From an uncultured Acidobacteriaceae bacterium (GTDB lineage Bacteria; Acidobacteriota; Terriglobia; Terriglobales; Acidobacteriaceae), in contig CAWITT010000014.1 of assembly GCA_963839025.1 (NCBI GenBank), positions 134,175 through 198,174 of the forward strand: a DNA stretch of 64,000 bases. Reading direction: 5' to 3'. The position numbers and the translations under genes were made by a program. The first letter of the stretch is position 1. Each line of letters starts with the position of its first letter. The notes beneath the pieces are model-generated. The model ran no database searches. It saw only the letters and a program-made list of their open reading frames with translations, and was not told where the DNA came from. Of the stretch, positions 55,576-64,000 are shown piece after piece.

Positions 55576-57081
55576 GAATTCTCACAGTGAAGACATTGAC
55601 CGGCCCACGGGCAGCATTGAAGCCAGGATTCAAGATGTGCTGGTAGTCTCCTGAAAGCCAATACACCTTACCGAAAGCGGCGCTGTAGAACAGGTCCAGA
55701 GACTTTTCCGCCCGCGCCGTGATGGCCCCATCCCCGACGAATCCGTCCACGCCTCCCATGCCAAGATATTTCGCGTGTACGTTCGAGATCCAACCCAAGT
55801 TGCCTCCAAAGCCCACCAGGTCTTTGGGGCGCGACCACGCGGTACCCTTCGCCAAAACCCCGCCGTTGCCGAGCGATCCGTCGAGGTGTAGGCATACACC
55901 TCGGTCTTGCCATCGGAATACATGCCGCGGCCAAACAAGCCGATGTCATGCCCAATGTATTGCTCTGCGAAGGTGCCGATGCCCTTTTTTACATTCGGTT
56001 TTCGGGCCCAACAAAGATCCGGGGCAGTGGAATTCTGCGACCCGTAGTTGAACCCCGTACACGTGGTGGCGTTCTCTTCCGGGTTGGCCTCGAAGGCCGA
56101 GATGGCATCGCTGAAGCGTCCCATGTTTTCGTGGTTCCGATAACCGAGTACCCGGACCATGCCTTCCTGTCCACGGATCGTCTGTTTATGCTCGACTTCG
56201 AATTGGTCCCCATAGTATTTGAAGATCCTGAAGTCTATGGGGAGTTGGTTGGGTTGCTTAGGCGGGGTGATGCGCCCGAAGCGCACCGCCCACTCGTCCC
56301 AATAAAATTCCCCGATGCCTCCGTACGAGTAGCCGCGCGCGTCGGAGGCAAAGTCGTAAGCGGCGTAGGTCAGAAATCCCAGGCTGAGAAAGCCCTGGCG
56401 CGGGTCGACGTCGAAGGCGTTGGTGTCGAAGAAATCCAGGACGCTAAAGTTCCCGGCGGCAAAGACCAATCTTCTGCTGTCGTAGTGCGTTCCCAATTGC
56501 AGGGGGCCAGACTCCTCGACCAGGCTCTTGCCGCCGAGTCCAACTGTCTGCTTGACGAAGAGCCGGGAGCGATAAATCCCAGGTGTGGGGGAGCCCCCTT
56601 TTTGCAGCTCGAAATTTTGGATAGCTCCGCCCAGCCCCCTGAGCTGCGAGAGGGGACGTTCCGAGATCAGCTCAGGCACCACGTAGGCTTCTCCGCCTTT
56701 CCACAGCCGCACCCCGAGGTAGAGAGTCGCCGTCCCCGTGAAGCTTCTTTCCGCAGTGGGAAGCAGTGAATTGATGCTGCCGTTCAAATTGGTATAGGGG
56801 GCGGAGAAGGAAGGCTTCCAGCTGGAGATATACGTGAACTGTCCATACGCGTTCCAGCTTTCATTTTCGATATCGTGCAAGCCTTTGTCGGCCAGCATCT
56901 GCATGAAGCTGAAATCATCGTCCGGTCTGGGCGCTGGAGCGCCGTTCTGCGCGCTGGCGAGCGAGGACGCCAACATAAAACCCAACAGCAACCGGACGAC
57001 AACTCTTACGTGAGCGAACACCTTTGCGAAGGTTAAATTGATAGGACCGTAACAAATGTCACAGGCTCTTGAATTCTTCAA
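55562..57081 (-). pseudogene. OprB-like carbohydrate-selective porin gene with a frameshift near the 3' end
   Basis: The main frame (57081 down to about 55880) is porin-like (ENESWNAYGQFTYISSW..., GEAYVVPELISERPL). The true C-terminus LGNGGVLAKGTAWSRPKDLVGFGG...NVFTVRIHGEF is in another frame (to 55562). The switch is near 55865-55890. The likely real start is GTG 57021 (signal peptide). Confidence 0.7.
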
Positions 57082-57168
57082 TTTCCGGATCGAGATATGC
57101 CGTAAGCGGAAACATCCCCCGTCAGGTTCTGTTTGGTGCTGGAGATCCGGTTCGCACGTTTAGTCCCA

Positions 57169-58167
57169 TCAGGACGACAAGCGGTCCCGAATCCCCGACA
57201 ACGTTTTATGAATCGCGTCGAAGTAGGCTTTCACTGTCGTTGGGTCTTCTACCTCGTCGGAATACCAGTTGATGAGAAAGGCGAAAAACACCCACTGGCC
57301 CGCAAAGTAGATGCCACCGGCAATCGAACGGACATGAAAGCCGGGACTATCCGCATTGCCGCTCTTGGCATACGAACTCACTCCGAGCGGCAGAGGCACA
57401 AGATAGATGAAGTCGCACAGCGATAGAATCCGCCGGTACTCCTGCAGCGTCTCGGGATGCTGGAAAAACTTGCCTACCAACGCGCGTGAATAGTAGGAGA
57501 CGAAATCGTGCGCCGACGACGCCAGTGTCTCCACATCGTTGAGGAAAGGATGCACCGGCGGTCCCTGGGTAACCTGCAAAAGCTCTTCCCAAGTAATCGT
57601 CAAGTAGTTCGGTGCGCCAAACAAGTAGCCCGTGAGCGCACGGGTACTGTCCGGCACCAGGGTATTCTTCAGGCCTGCATCCGCAATAAACTTCCGCACA
57701 TTGTCCGCGCCCGCCAGCTTGAACATCATGTCTGTTGCGGTGTTATCGCTGTGGTTGATCATCGCGTCGAGAGTGGTGCGCTCCGAGACCTCGCCGATCA
57801 AATCGGGCGGGTTAAACGTCGGGCTGCCGAACGACCACACCGTGTCGTTGAGCGCCAGAAAATGATTTTCGACCTTGTGCACCACGTCCGCTGAATCCAA
57901 TTGGCGCAGCCTCTCGCACAGCACAAACGTCTTGATCGCGCTCGCCGCAAACAATTGCTTATTTGCATTGAGCTCAATCGCCAGGTCGCGTCTGCCTTTG
58001 CGCCCCGGAGCAAAGATCTTGATCGACTTATCCCCCGGAAGACTGTCGAACAAACAAACCACCTCGTCCGCGTATCCCGGTTCGACCTCCGCTTCGGTCG
58101 TTAATGGAACCGCGGCCAAGCTCGCACTTGCCGCAGCGGCAAGGAACTTCCGTCTTGAATGGAGCAT
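57169..58167 (-). CDS. Class A beta-lactamase-fold serine hydrolase with Tat signal
   Basis: Twin-arginine signal MLHSRRKFLAAAASASLAA. Motifs SAIK (SxxK), HSDNTA (SDN) and AKSG (KxG). Confidence 0.75.
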   Translation of the reverse strand: MLHSRRKFLAAAASASLAAVPLTTEAEVEPGYADEVVCLFDSLPGDKSIKIFAPGRKGRRDLAIELNANKQLFAASAIKTFVLCERLRQLDSADVVHKVENHFLALNDTVWSFGSPTFNPPDLIGEVSERTTLDAMINHSDNTATDMMFKLAGADNVRKFIADAGLKNTLVPDSTRALTGYLFGAPNYLTITWEELLQVTQGPPVHPFLNDVETLASSAHDFVSYYSRALVGKFFQHPETLQEYRRILSLCDFIYLVPLPLGVSSYAKSGNADSPGFHVRSIAGGIYFAGQWVFFAFLINWYSDEVEDPTTVKAYFDAIHKTLSGIRDRLSS

Positions 58168-58177
58168 CGTACCCTCT

Positions 58178-59380
58178 TTAAATTTTTCCGAAACGCTTGA
58201 GCGTCTCGTACAGCGTAGAGACCAGGACAGCAGCGAGGGTGTTCTCCTTGGCGGGGGCCTGGCTGTTGGTGAAGACGGTGATGATCACACCGGAATCGGG
58301 GAAGTACGAGTAGGCGGCACGGTAACCGAGCGTCGATCCCACGTAACCCCAGAAGAGACCAAGGGGTGGGTCGGTGATCTGAAACACGCCAAGCCCAAAG
58401 GCCTGGGGGTGCTTGGTCGAGGTTTCCTCGATGGACTCGCCCCCCGGAATGGCAACCAGGCTTTGAAGTTCCGCCTTTTGCTTTGCCGGCAAAACATCGC
58501 TTTCAAATAGGGCGCGCACCCAGGTGGTCAGATCCTCCGGCGTAGAGATGATGCCTCCTGCACCCTGCGTCCATCCAAGGCTGAAATTCTTGGTGTCCTC
58601 ACCCAATATTTTTGCCAACCCCGGGTCGTCGGTGTTGACGTAGTAGCCGGACACCTCCCGCCGCGTGACGGCAGCCGGATAGAAATTCGCCTCGTAGAAA
58701 GTGCTGTGAAGACAGTTTTCGGCAATCAGACGGTCGAGTTCCGATTTATAGCTATGCCACCAGCTCGCCTTATCGATAATCATCTGCGCAAGAATGTAAC
58801 CGGTGTTGGAGTACTCCCAGTGGCCTGGCTTTTTGTGCGCCGGGTAAACGTAGGCCACCAATTCCTCGGGCGTGGATTTAGCGTAAGGATCGTTGACCAC
58901 CTGATCTTCCCACGCGGATGTCCCATCGTACGTCGGGATGCCGCTGGTCATGTCAAGTAACTGGCGAATAGTAACTTCCTTCCACTCGGGGTACTGCGGT
59001 AACCATTTGCCCAGCGTGTCGTCGATCGAGAGCACACCTGCGGCTTCCAGCTTCAGGATGATCACAGAGGTAAACGCCTTGGTATTGCTGCCGATCTGAA
59101 AAACATTGGACGGAGTAACCTTGTCTCCACCACCGTACTGCGTAGTTCCCACCGCGATTTTGATGTCTTCAGGATCGCCCCGGAAGCTGACAGCCATCGA
59201 TAGCGTCGATATGTGCTCGATCGAAGACCGCGTCTTCAGGTAGTCCTTCAAATCGCTGCGAAGAGCGGCATCGAGAGCCTTATCTTGTGAGGGTGTCGCC
59301 GCCCATGAACTAGCGTAGGCTGCGCAGCCTAGCGTGAGGGCGAAAAGGTTTGTGGCATGACGAAAACGCAGGGAGAACAT
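58178..59380 (-). CDS. Class C beta-lactamase / DD-peptidase-family serine hydrolase
   Basis: Signal peptide. SxxK in FQIGSNTKAFTS and YxN in WEYSNTGY. 400 aa. Confidence 0.8.
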   Translation of the reverse strand: MFSLRFRHATNLFALTLGCAAYASSWAATPSQDKALDAALRSDLKDYLKTRSSIEHISTLSMAVSFRGDPEDIKIAVGTTQYGGGDKVTPSNVFQIGSNTKAFTSVIILKLEAAGVLSIDDTLGKWLPQYPEWKEVTIRQLLDMTSGIPTYDGTSAWEDQVVNDPYAKSTPEELVAYVYPAHKKPGHWEYSNTGYILAQMIIDKASWWHSYKSELDRLIAENCLHSTFYEANFYPAAVTRREVSGYYVNTDDPGLAKILGEDTKNFSLGWTQGAGGIISTPEDLTTWVRALFESDVLPAKQKAELQSLVAIPGGESIEETSTKHPQAFGLGVFQITDPPLGLFWGYVGSTLGYRAAYSYFPDSGVIITVFTNSQAPAKENTLAAVLVSTLYETLKRFGKI

Positions 59381-59856
59381 GAACCTTCCTCTTTCTTGGT
59401 GCTTGCCTGATGACCTGACGCGCGCGTCCGTTTTGCCTCGGGGGAGGATGGGTCAGAGAGTTCTACAGTTCTTTACAGAGTGAAGGAAAACTTTAACACA
59501 AGGCGGGGAACTCTTTACAAAAAGATAGAAAGCAGGCCGCCGGCTTCGGCTGGAGCATGCGTTGTCGTTTTTCCATTCCGCTTGCGGCGGCGTCATCCCA
59601 GGAAAGTCCCAATGCTCCACGATCTTCTCGTTTTTTCCGCGGTACAGGTCGACGTAGACGCAGGGCTTGCTTTCATGCGTGACGAGTCCGTCCTCATCCG
59701 CCAGCGTCCGGCTTTGGACACAACGGCTGTTATGAACGCGGGTCCGCTAACTTGAAATCGATAACTTATTGATAATTTCAATCGGCCAGTGCGGAATTCT
59801 GGTGGTATGTGACATCCTTTCTGTGTGCCTGAGGGGACGTGTACGGGGGTTAGGTA

Positions 59857-62409
59857 ATGAGAGTTCTGCTGCAGGATCTGGAGTACGCATTCCGTCAATT
59901 GCGCAAGACGCCGGGGTTCACCGTGACCGTGTTGCTCACACTCACGCTCGGCATCGGAGCGAACTCGGCCATCTTCACGCTGGTCAACGCCATCATGCTC
60001 CATAATCTGCCGGTAGTCGATCCCAAGACCCTCGTCCGCATCGGCGACAAAGACGACTGCTGCGTCAATGGCGGCTGGCATGACGATGGGGACTACTCGC
60101 TCTTTGCCACAGACACTTATTATGCGTTTAAGAAGAATCTGCCGGAGTTCGAAGAGTTAGCTGCGATGGAATCCGGCTACGCCTGGCGTCCCATTACCGT
60201 TCGCCGCGCTGGACCCCAGACCGTAGCGCGGTCCGTAGTCGGAACCTTCGTCTCTGGAAACTACTTCCGCGTCTTCGGCCTTTCGCCTGCGGCGGGCCGC
60301 CTCTTGATGGATGCCGACGACCAGAAGGGCGCACCGATTACCGCCGTGATGAGCTATGACGCGTGGCAGCAGGACTACGCCGGCGATCCGGCTATTGTGG
60401 GAAGCCAGTTTTACATCAATACCAGGCCGGCCACGGTTATCGGCATTGCGCCAAAGGGATTCTACGGGGACCGCATCGACACCAATCCTCCCAAGTACTT
60501 CCTTCCCATGAACTCGATGGATCAAGTCATGGGCGCACCGTACTTCACCAGTCCCGATGCCCAGTGGGCCTACATCATCGGCCGGGTGAAGCCGGGAACG
60601 TCGCTGCCGGCCCTCCAGGCTAAGGCCAGCGCGCTACTCAAGCAACAGTTCGCGCCGCTTAAGACATTCACCGATCAGCGCGCCAAGCACGCTCTTCCCC
60701 GCACCCACGTGGTGCTCACCCCCGGCGGCGGCGGTATCCAGAACATGCAGGACGGATACAAGGATCACCTGAAGCTCCTGCAATGGATTGCCGCGCTCGT
60801 CCTTCTCATCGCCTGCGCCAACATCGCGAACCTGCTGCTCGTGCGGGGCATGGGACGGCGTGCTGAGCTTTCCGTCCGCTTGGCCCTGGGCGCGCAACGT
60901 AGCCGCATCGTGCGCCAACTGCTTACGGAGAGCGTTCTTCTCTCGGGTATCGGAGGCCTGCTCGGTCTCGCCGTCTCCTATCTTGGGGCGCACGCGCTGC
61001 TGGCTCTCGCCTTTCCTGATTCGCACAACATGCCGGTCACCGCTTCGCCTTCGCCGATGGTCATCGGCTTTGCCATTGCGCTTTCGCTCGCCACCGGCGT
61101 CCTCTTCGGCCTTGCGCCGGCGCTGCTGGCCGCACGCACGCAGCCCTCCGAAGCGCTGCGCTCCAATGCGCGTACCACCGCGCAGGGTGCCTCTTTGCTG
61201 CAGCGCGGACTCGTTGTCATGCAGGCCGCGCTCTCTCTCGTGCTGCTGGTCGCCGCAGGCCTCTTCGCGCAAAGCCTCAACAAGGCACAGAGCGTAGACA
61301 TGAAACTGGATACGAAGAACCGTTACATCGCCCACATCAATCCGCAGGCGGCGGGCTACAAGAACACAGAAGTCGAACCTCTCTACCAGGTGATCGTCGA
61401 TCGCTTCCACGAAATTCCCGGTGTTCTCAAAGTCGGACTCGCCACCTACACTCCCATGGAGTCGAACAATTGGGGAACCGGTGTCAAGGTGCAGGGCGAT
61501 CCTGACATCAATAAAGGCGCCTCTTGGGTGAAAGGCACATCGGAATACTTCGACGCCGTTGGCACCCATGTCGTCATGGGCCGCGGCTTCACCGTGCAGG
61601 ACACATCGACTGCGCCGCCAGTGGCCGTCGTCAATCAAGAGTTCGTCAAGCTGTTCTTCGGCAATCGCAATCCCATCGGCCATCACTTTGGCGGTTCCGG
61701 ACCCGGCCAGGCCGGTAAGGATGCAGCCCATGAGATCGTCGGCGTGGTGGAAGACACCACCTACACCAGCGTCTACTGGAAGAACCACACCATGTATTTT
61801 CTGCCGCTCACGCAGCGCGCGGGCATGGCGAACGACCCTGACGACCCACTCGAAAAAGACCAATCCCTCTACGCCGGCGCCTTGGTGATCCAGACCGCAC
61901 AACCCGTCGCCGGGTTTGAGAAGATCGTCGCCGACACTCTGGCCAGCATCAATCCCAACCTCACTGTCGTAAAGTTCCAGACCTTCCAGCAGCAGATTGA
62001 CGACCGCTTCATCTCCGAGCGTCTCATCGCGCGTCTCACGTCCCTCTTTGGCCTACTTGCGTTATTGCTCGCTGCTATAGGCCTCTACGGGGTCACAGCG
62101 TACACGGTGGTTCGGCGCACGCCCGAGATCGGCATCCGTATGGCGCTAGGAGCGGCGCGCAGCCGCGTCATCGCATCGGTCCTGCGCGGCGCCATGACTC
62201 AGGCCGTCCTCGGCCTCGCCATCGGCGTTCCTGTGGCCATCTTCTGCGTACGCTACGTCAAGTCGCAGCTCTTTGAGATCACCAGTGTGAATGTGCCGGT
62301 CATGGCCATTGCGATTGGAGTGCTGGTGCTCACGGCTGCGATCGCCGGCATCATTCCGGCGCGGCGTGCCGCTTCCATCGACCCCGTTAAGGCCTTGCGC
62401 ATCGAATAA
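59857..62409 (+). CDS. ADOP-family duplicated permease (MacB-like periplasmic domain + FtsX, twice)
   Basis: Characteristic N-terminus LLQDLEYAFRQLRKTPGFTVTVLLTLTLGIGANSAIFTLVNAIML. Two FtsX-type 4-TM modules, with C-terminal IDPVKALRIE. Confidence 0.85.
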   Translation: MRVLLQDLEYAFRQLRKTPGFTVTVLLTLTLGIGANSAIFTLVNAIMLHNLPVVDPKTLVRIGDKDDCCVNGGWHDDGDYSLFATDTYYAFKKNLPEFEELAAMESGYAWRPITVRRAGPQTVARSVVGTFVSGNYFRVFGLSPAAGRLLMDADDQKGAPITAVMSYDAWQQDYAGDPAIVGSQFYINTRPATVIGIAPKGFYGDRIDTNPPKYFLPMNSMDQVMGAPYFTSPDAQWAYIIGRVKPGTSLPALQAKASALLKQQFAPLKTFTDQRAKHALPRTHVVLTPGGGGIQNMQDGYKDHLKLLQWIAALVLLIACANIANLLLVRGMGRRAELSVRLALGAQRSRIVRQLLTESVLLSGIGGLLGLAVSYLGAHALLALAFPDSHNMPVTASPSPMVIGFAIALSLATGVLFGLAPALLAARTQPSEALRSNARTTAQGASLLQRGLVVMQAALSLVLLVAAGLFAQSLNKAQSVDMKLDTKNRYIAHINPQAAGYKNTEVEPLYQVIVDRFHEIPGVLKVGLATYTPMESNNWGTGVKVQGDPDINKGASWVKGTSEYFDAVGTHVVMGRGFTVQDTSTAPPVAVVNQEFVKLFFGNRNPIGHHFGGSGPGQAGKDAAHEIVGVVEDTTYTSVYWKNHTMYFLPLTQRAGMANDPDDPLEKDQSLYAGALVIQTAQPVAGFEKIVADTLASINPNLTVVKFQTFQQQIDDRFISERLIARLTSLFGLLALLLAAIGLYGVTAYTVVRRTPEIGIRMALGAARSRVIASVLRGAMTQAVLGLAIGVPVAIFCVRYVKSQLFEITSVNVPVMAIAIGVLVLTAAIAGIIPARRAASIDPVKALRIE

Positions 62410-62523
62410 GCTTGCTTTCTAAAGACCAACACCCGATCCCGCTACTAAAAATTAGTCTTGATCAAACGCCCTTTGTCATCGAGCAGCAAGCGACTTACCG
62501 TTAAGTTAAGGGCGGAATGAACC

Positions 62524-62707
62524 TTGAGGACCAAACAAAACCTGACGGGTGTCCCATGTTCGCACCAGCGTACGTGGGCCGATCATGAGTCCTTCGAATG
62601 CTTTCACTCAAGGATTGAAATCGTTTGATGGGCTTCGCCCGTCTTTTTCGGCCCACGTACGCTGGTGCGAACATGGGGCACCCATCAAAATCGTGGTTTG
62701 GCTGAAG
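62524..62707 (+). repeat. Family-1 long-stem palindromic intergenic element, copy D
   Basis: Left arm CTTGAGGACCAAACAAAACCTGACGGGTGTCCCATGTTCGCACCAGCGTACGTGGGCCGA pairs with right arm ...TCGGCCCACGTACGCTGGTGCGAACATGGGGCACCCATCAAAATCGTGGTTTGGCTGAAG. The core is in the same orientation as in A and C. Confidence 0.9.
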
Positions 62708-62882
62708 AGATGATTATCGATTAGGAGCGATGTCGCGGGACTGCAATGCTCTCAATCAAAATCATTGCTATGAAACAACTGAAACTCTTTCGGCCTCGCA
62801 TGATTTCGACAAGCGCAATTCTTTCCCTTGTCGCCGAGGGACAAGATCCACTAATTTCCGGCGACCTCCTTCAATACAAAGC

Positions 62883-64000
62883 CTATTCCGTGCGAAGCAT
62901 TACCGATGGGTTAATGCGGGCCGCGCGGAGCACCGCCGGAACCGCGGCGAGCAGAGCAGCGGCTAGAAGGACGAGTGCCGGTGCGATGAGCATGGAAGGA
63001 GCCGTCCCTCTGACTCCGAAGAGAAGCGTTTGCACATAGCGAACGGAAACCATACCAAGGACGATGCCGGTAGCAGCGCCAATAAATACCGTAACGAAAA
63101 TTTGGGTGGTGACAAGTCGAGCAATACTGCCGATGCGCGCGCCGACAGCAATACGGATGCCGATTTCGCGTTCGCGCTGCAGAACGGAGTAATTCAGCAC
63201 ACCATAAAGGCCGATGGCGGCGAGCAGGAGGGCAACGGTGGCGAAGAACAACGCGAGCAGTGCAATAAGCCGTTCGCGGATCGACTGGCTGTCAACAAGT
63301 TCCTGCTGGGTTTGCACGTTGCTCACGCGGTAGGCGGGGTTGGTTTGCGCCACCAAGCGGCGCAGCGTAGGCGCGAGAGAGAGCGGGTGGATGCCGGTGG
63401 TGCGAAGAAGGAAGGTGCCACCCTCCGCTGGATTGATATTGCCATTGGCACTGAATTGGCGGAACGGCACGTAGGCGACCGGAAGGATGGGATCGTGGAG
63501 GCTGCTGTAGGCCGCATCGGCTACGACACCGATAACCCGGCAAAGTTGGCGAGAGCCGGAAGGATTTACTTTCTCGAACGTGCGGCCAATCGGGTCCGCA
63601 TCGTTGAAGAAAATTTTGACGAAGGTCTGATTGACGATGGCTTCGCCCGGGAAGGAATCTGTGGAGTTGAAGTCGCGGCCTTCGAGCAGCTGCACCTTCA
63701 TGGTGCCGAGCCATCCCGGCGAGATGCTGGAAAACCAGCCCCAGGTATCTTTGGGTGGCCCGGCGTTGATCGAGATGGAGCCATTCCAAGTGTGCCCCGG
63801 AGAAAGCAAAGGCCAGCTGGCGATCGCCACTTCGTTGACTCCAGGAACGCCGCGGAGGGTGTCTGCCATTTGCGACCACGACTCCGGCGACTGGCCGTGC
63901 GGGGTGTAGGTTTCCAGCAGCAGGAGATCTTTGGCGACAAAGCCGAGGGGCTGACTGGAAAGATGGTGAAAGGTGGCAACAAAAAGTCCGGCGAGGAAGA
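62883..64000 (-). CDS. Second ADOP-family permease, C-terminal part (5' end outside window)
   Basis: The frame stays open to base 64000 upstream of the track ORF (…FLAGLFVATFHHLSSQPLGFVAKDLLLLETY…). The second MacB-like domain and FtsX TM block end in INPSVMLRTE. Confidence 0.8.
   Translation of the reverse strand, partial: FLAGLFVATFHHLSSQPLGFVAKDLLLLETYTPHGQSPESWSQMADTLRGVPGVNEVAIASWPLLSPGHTWNGSISINAGPPKDTWGWFSSISPGWLGTMKVQLLEGRDFNSTDSFPGEAIVNQTFVKIFFNDADPIGRTFEKVNPSGSRQLCRVIGVVADAAYSSLHDPILPVAYVPFRQFSANGNINPAEGGTFLLRTTGIHPLSLAPTLRRLVAQTNPAYRVSNVQTQQELVDSQSIRERLIALLALFFATVALLLAAIGLYGVLNYSVLQREREIGIRIAVGARIGSIARLVTTQIFVTVFIGAATGIVLGMVSVRYVQTLLFGVRGTAPSMLIAPALVLLAAALLAAVPAVLRAARINPSVMLRTE

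Noticed and set aside
60634-61902. 422-aa minus-strand ORF inside the ADOP permease gene
   Set aside because: Antisense shadow of a gene with a clear ADOP N-terminus and FtsX modules. The sequence is low-complexity and Arg/Gly/His-rich.
62746-63039. 97-aa + strand ORF (MKQLKLFRPRMISTS...) in the AT-rich spacer after repeat copy D
   Set aside because: Its 3' half overlaps the end of the second ADOP gene in antisense. There is no ribosome-binding site and no recognisable family. It is kept only as a remote small-protein possibility.

Overview
GC-rich bacterial chromosomal segment. The gene content points to Acidobacteriota (inference): two ADOP-type duplicated MacB/FtsX permeases, two CarboxypepD_reg-type TonB-dependent receptors, a YXWGXW-repeat protein and a fused membrane/spermidine-synthase-like protein. 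There are about 50 protein-coding genes, mostly core metabolism and envelope/transport. In order: a carotenoid-modification cluster (ALDH, CrtI-family enzyme, acyltransferase, GT2), OPT and EamA transporters, comF, an HNH nuclease, addB-addA, SCO, gluconokinase, an MsbA-like ABC exporter, GlcG, oligopeptidase B, DUF4142/TPM/LemA, an RsbW/STAS pair, and a LacI regulator with two palindromic operators. These are followed by ndk-sucD-sucC, trpD, trpS-scpA and scpB-rluB (split by a PiT transporter), a PstS-like fusion, porins and two serine hydrolases. I saw no rRNA, tRNA, CRISPR, integrase or transposase. Three genes look frameshifted (Uma2, SIMPL, OprB-like porin). The least explained signal is non-coding. 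It is a family of 180-250 bp long-stem palindromic intergenic elements (4 full copies plus 1 solo arm). They share a conserved asymmetric core carrying a terminator-like hairpin, and their outer arms are copy-specific yet self-complementary. There is also a second hairpin-rich repeat family (2 copies) and several isolated long hairpins. I did not recognise a multi-gene protein system that is clearly novel. Possible functional linkages are listed as inferences with modest scores.
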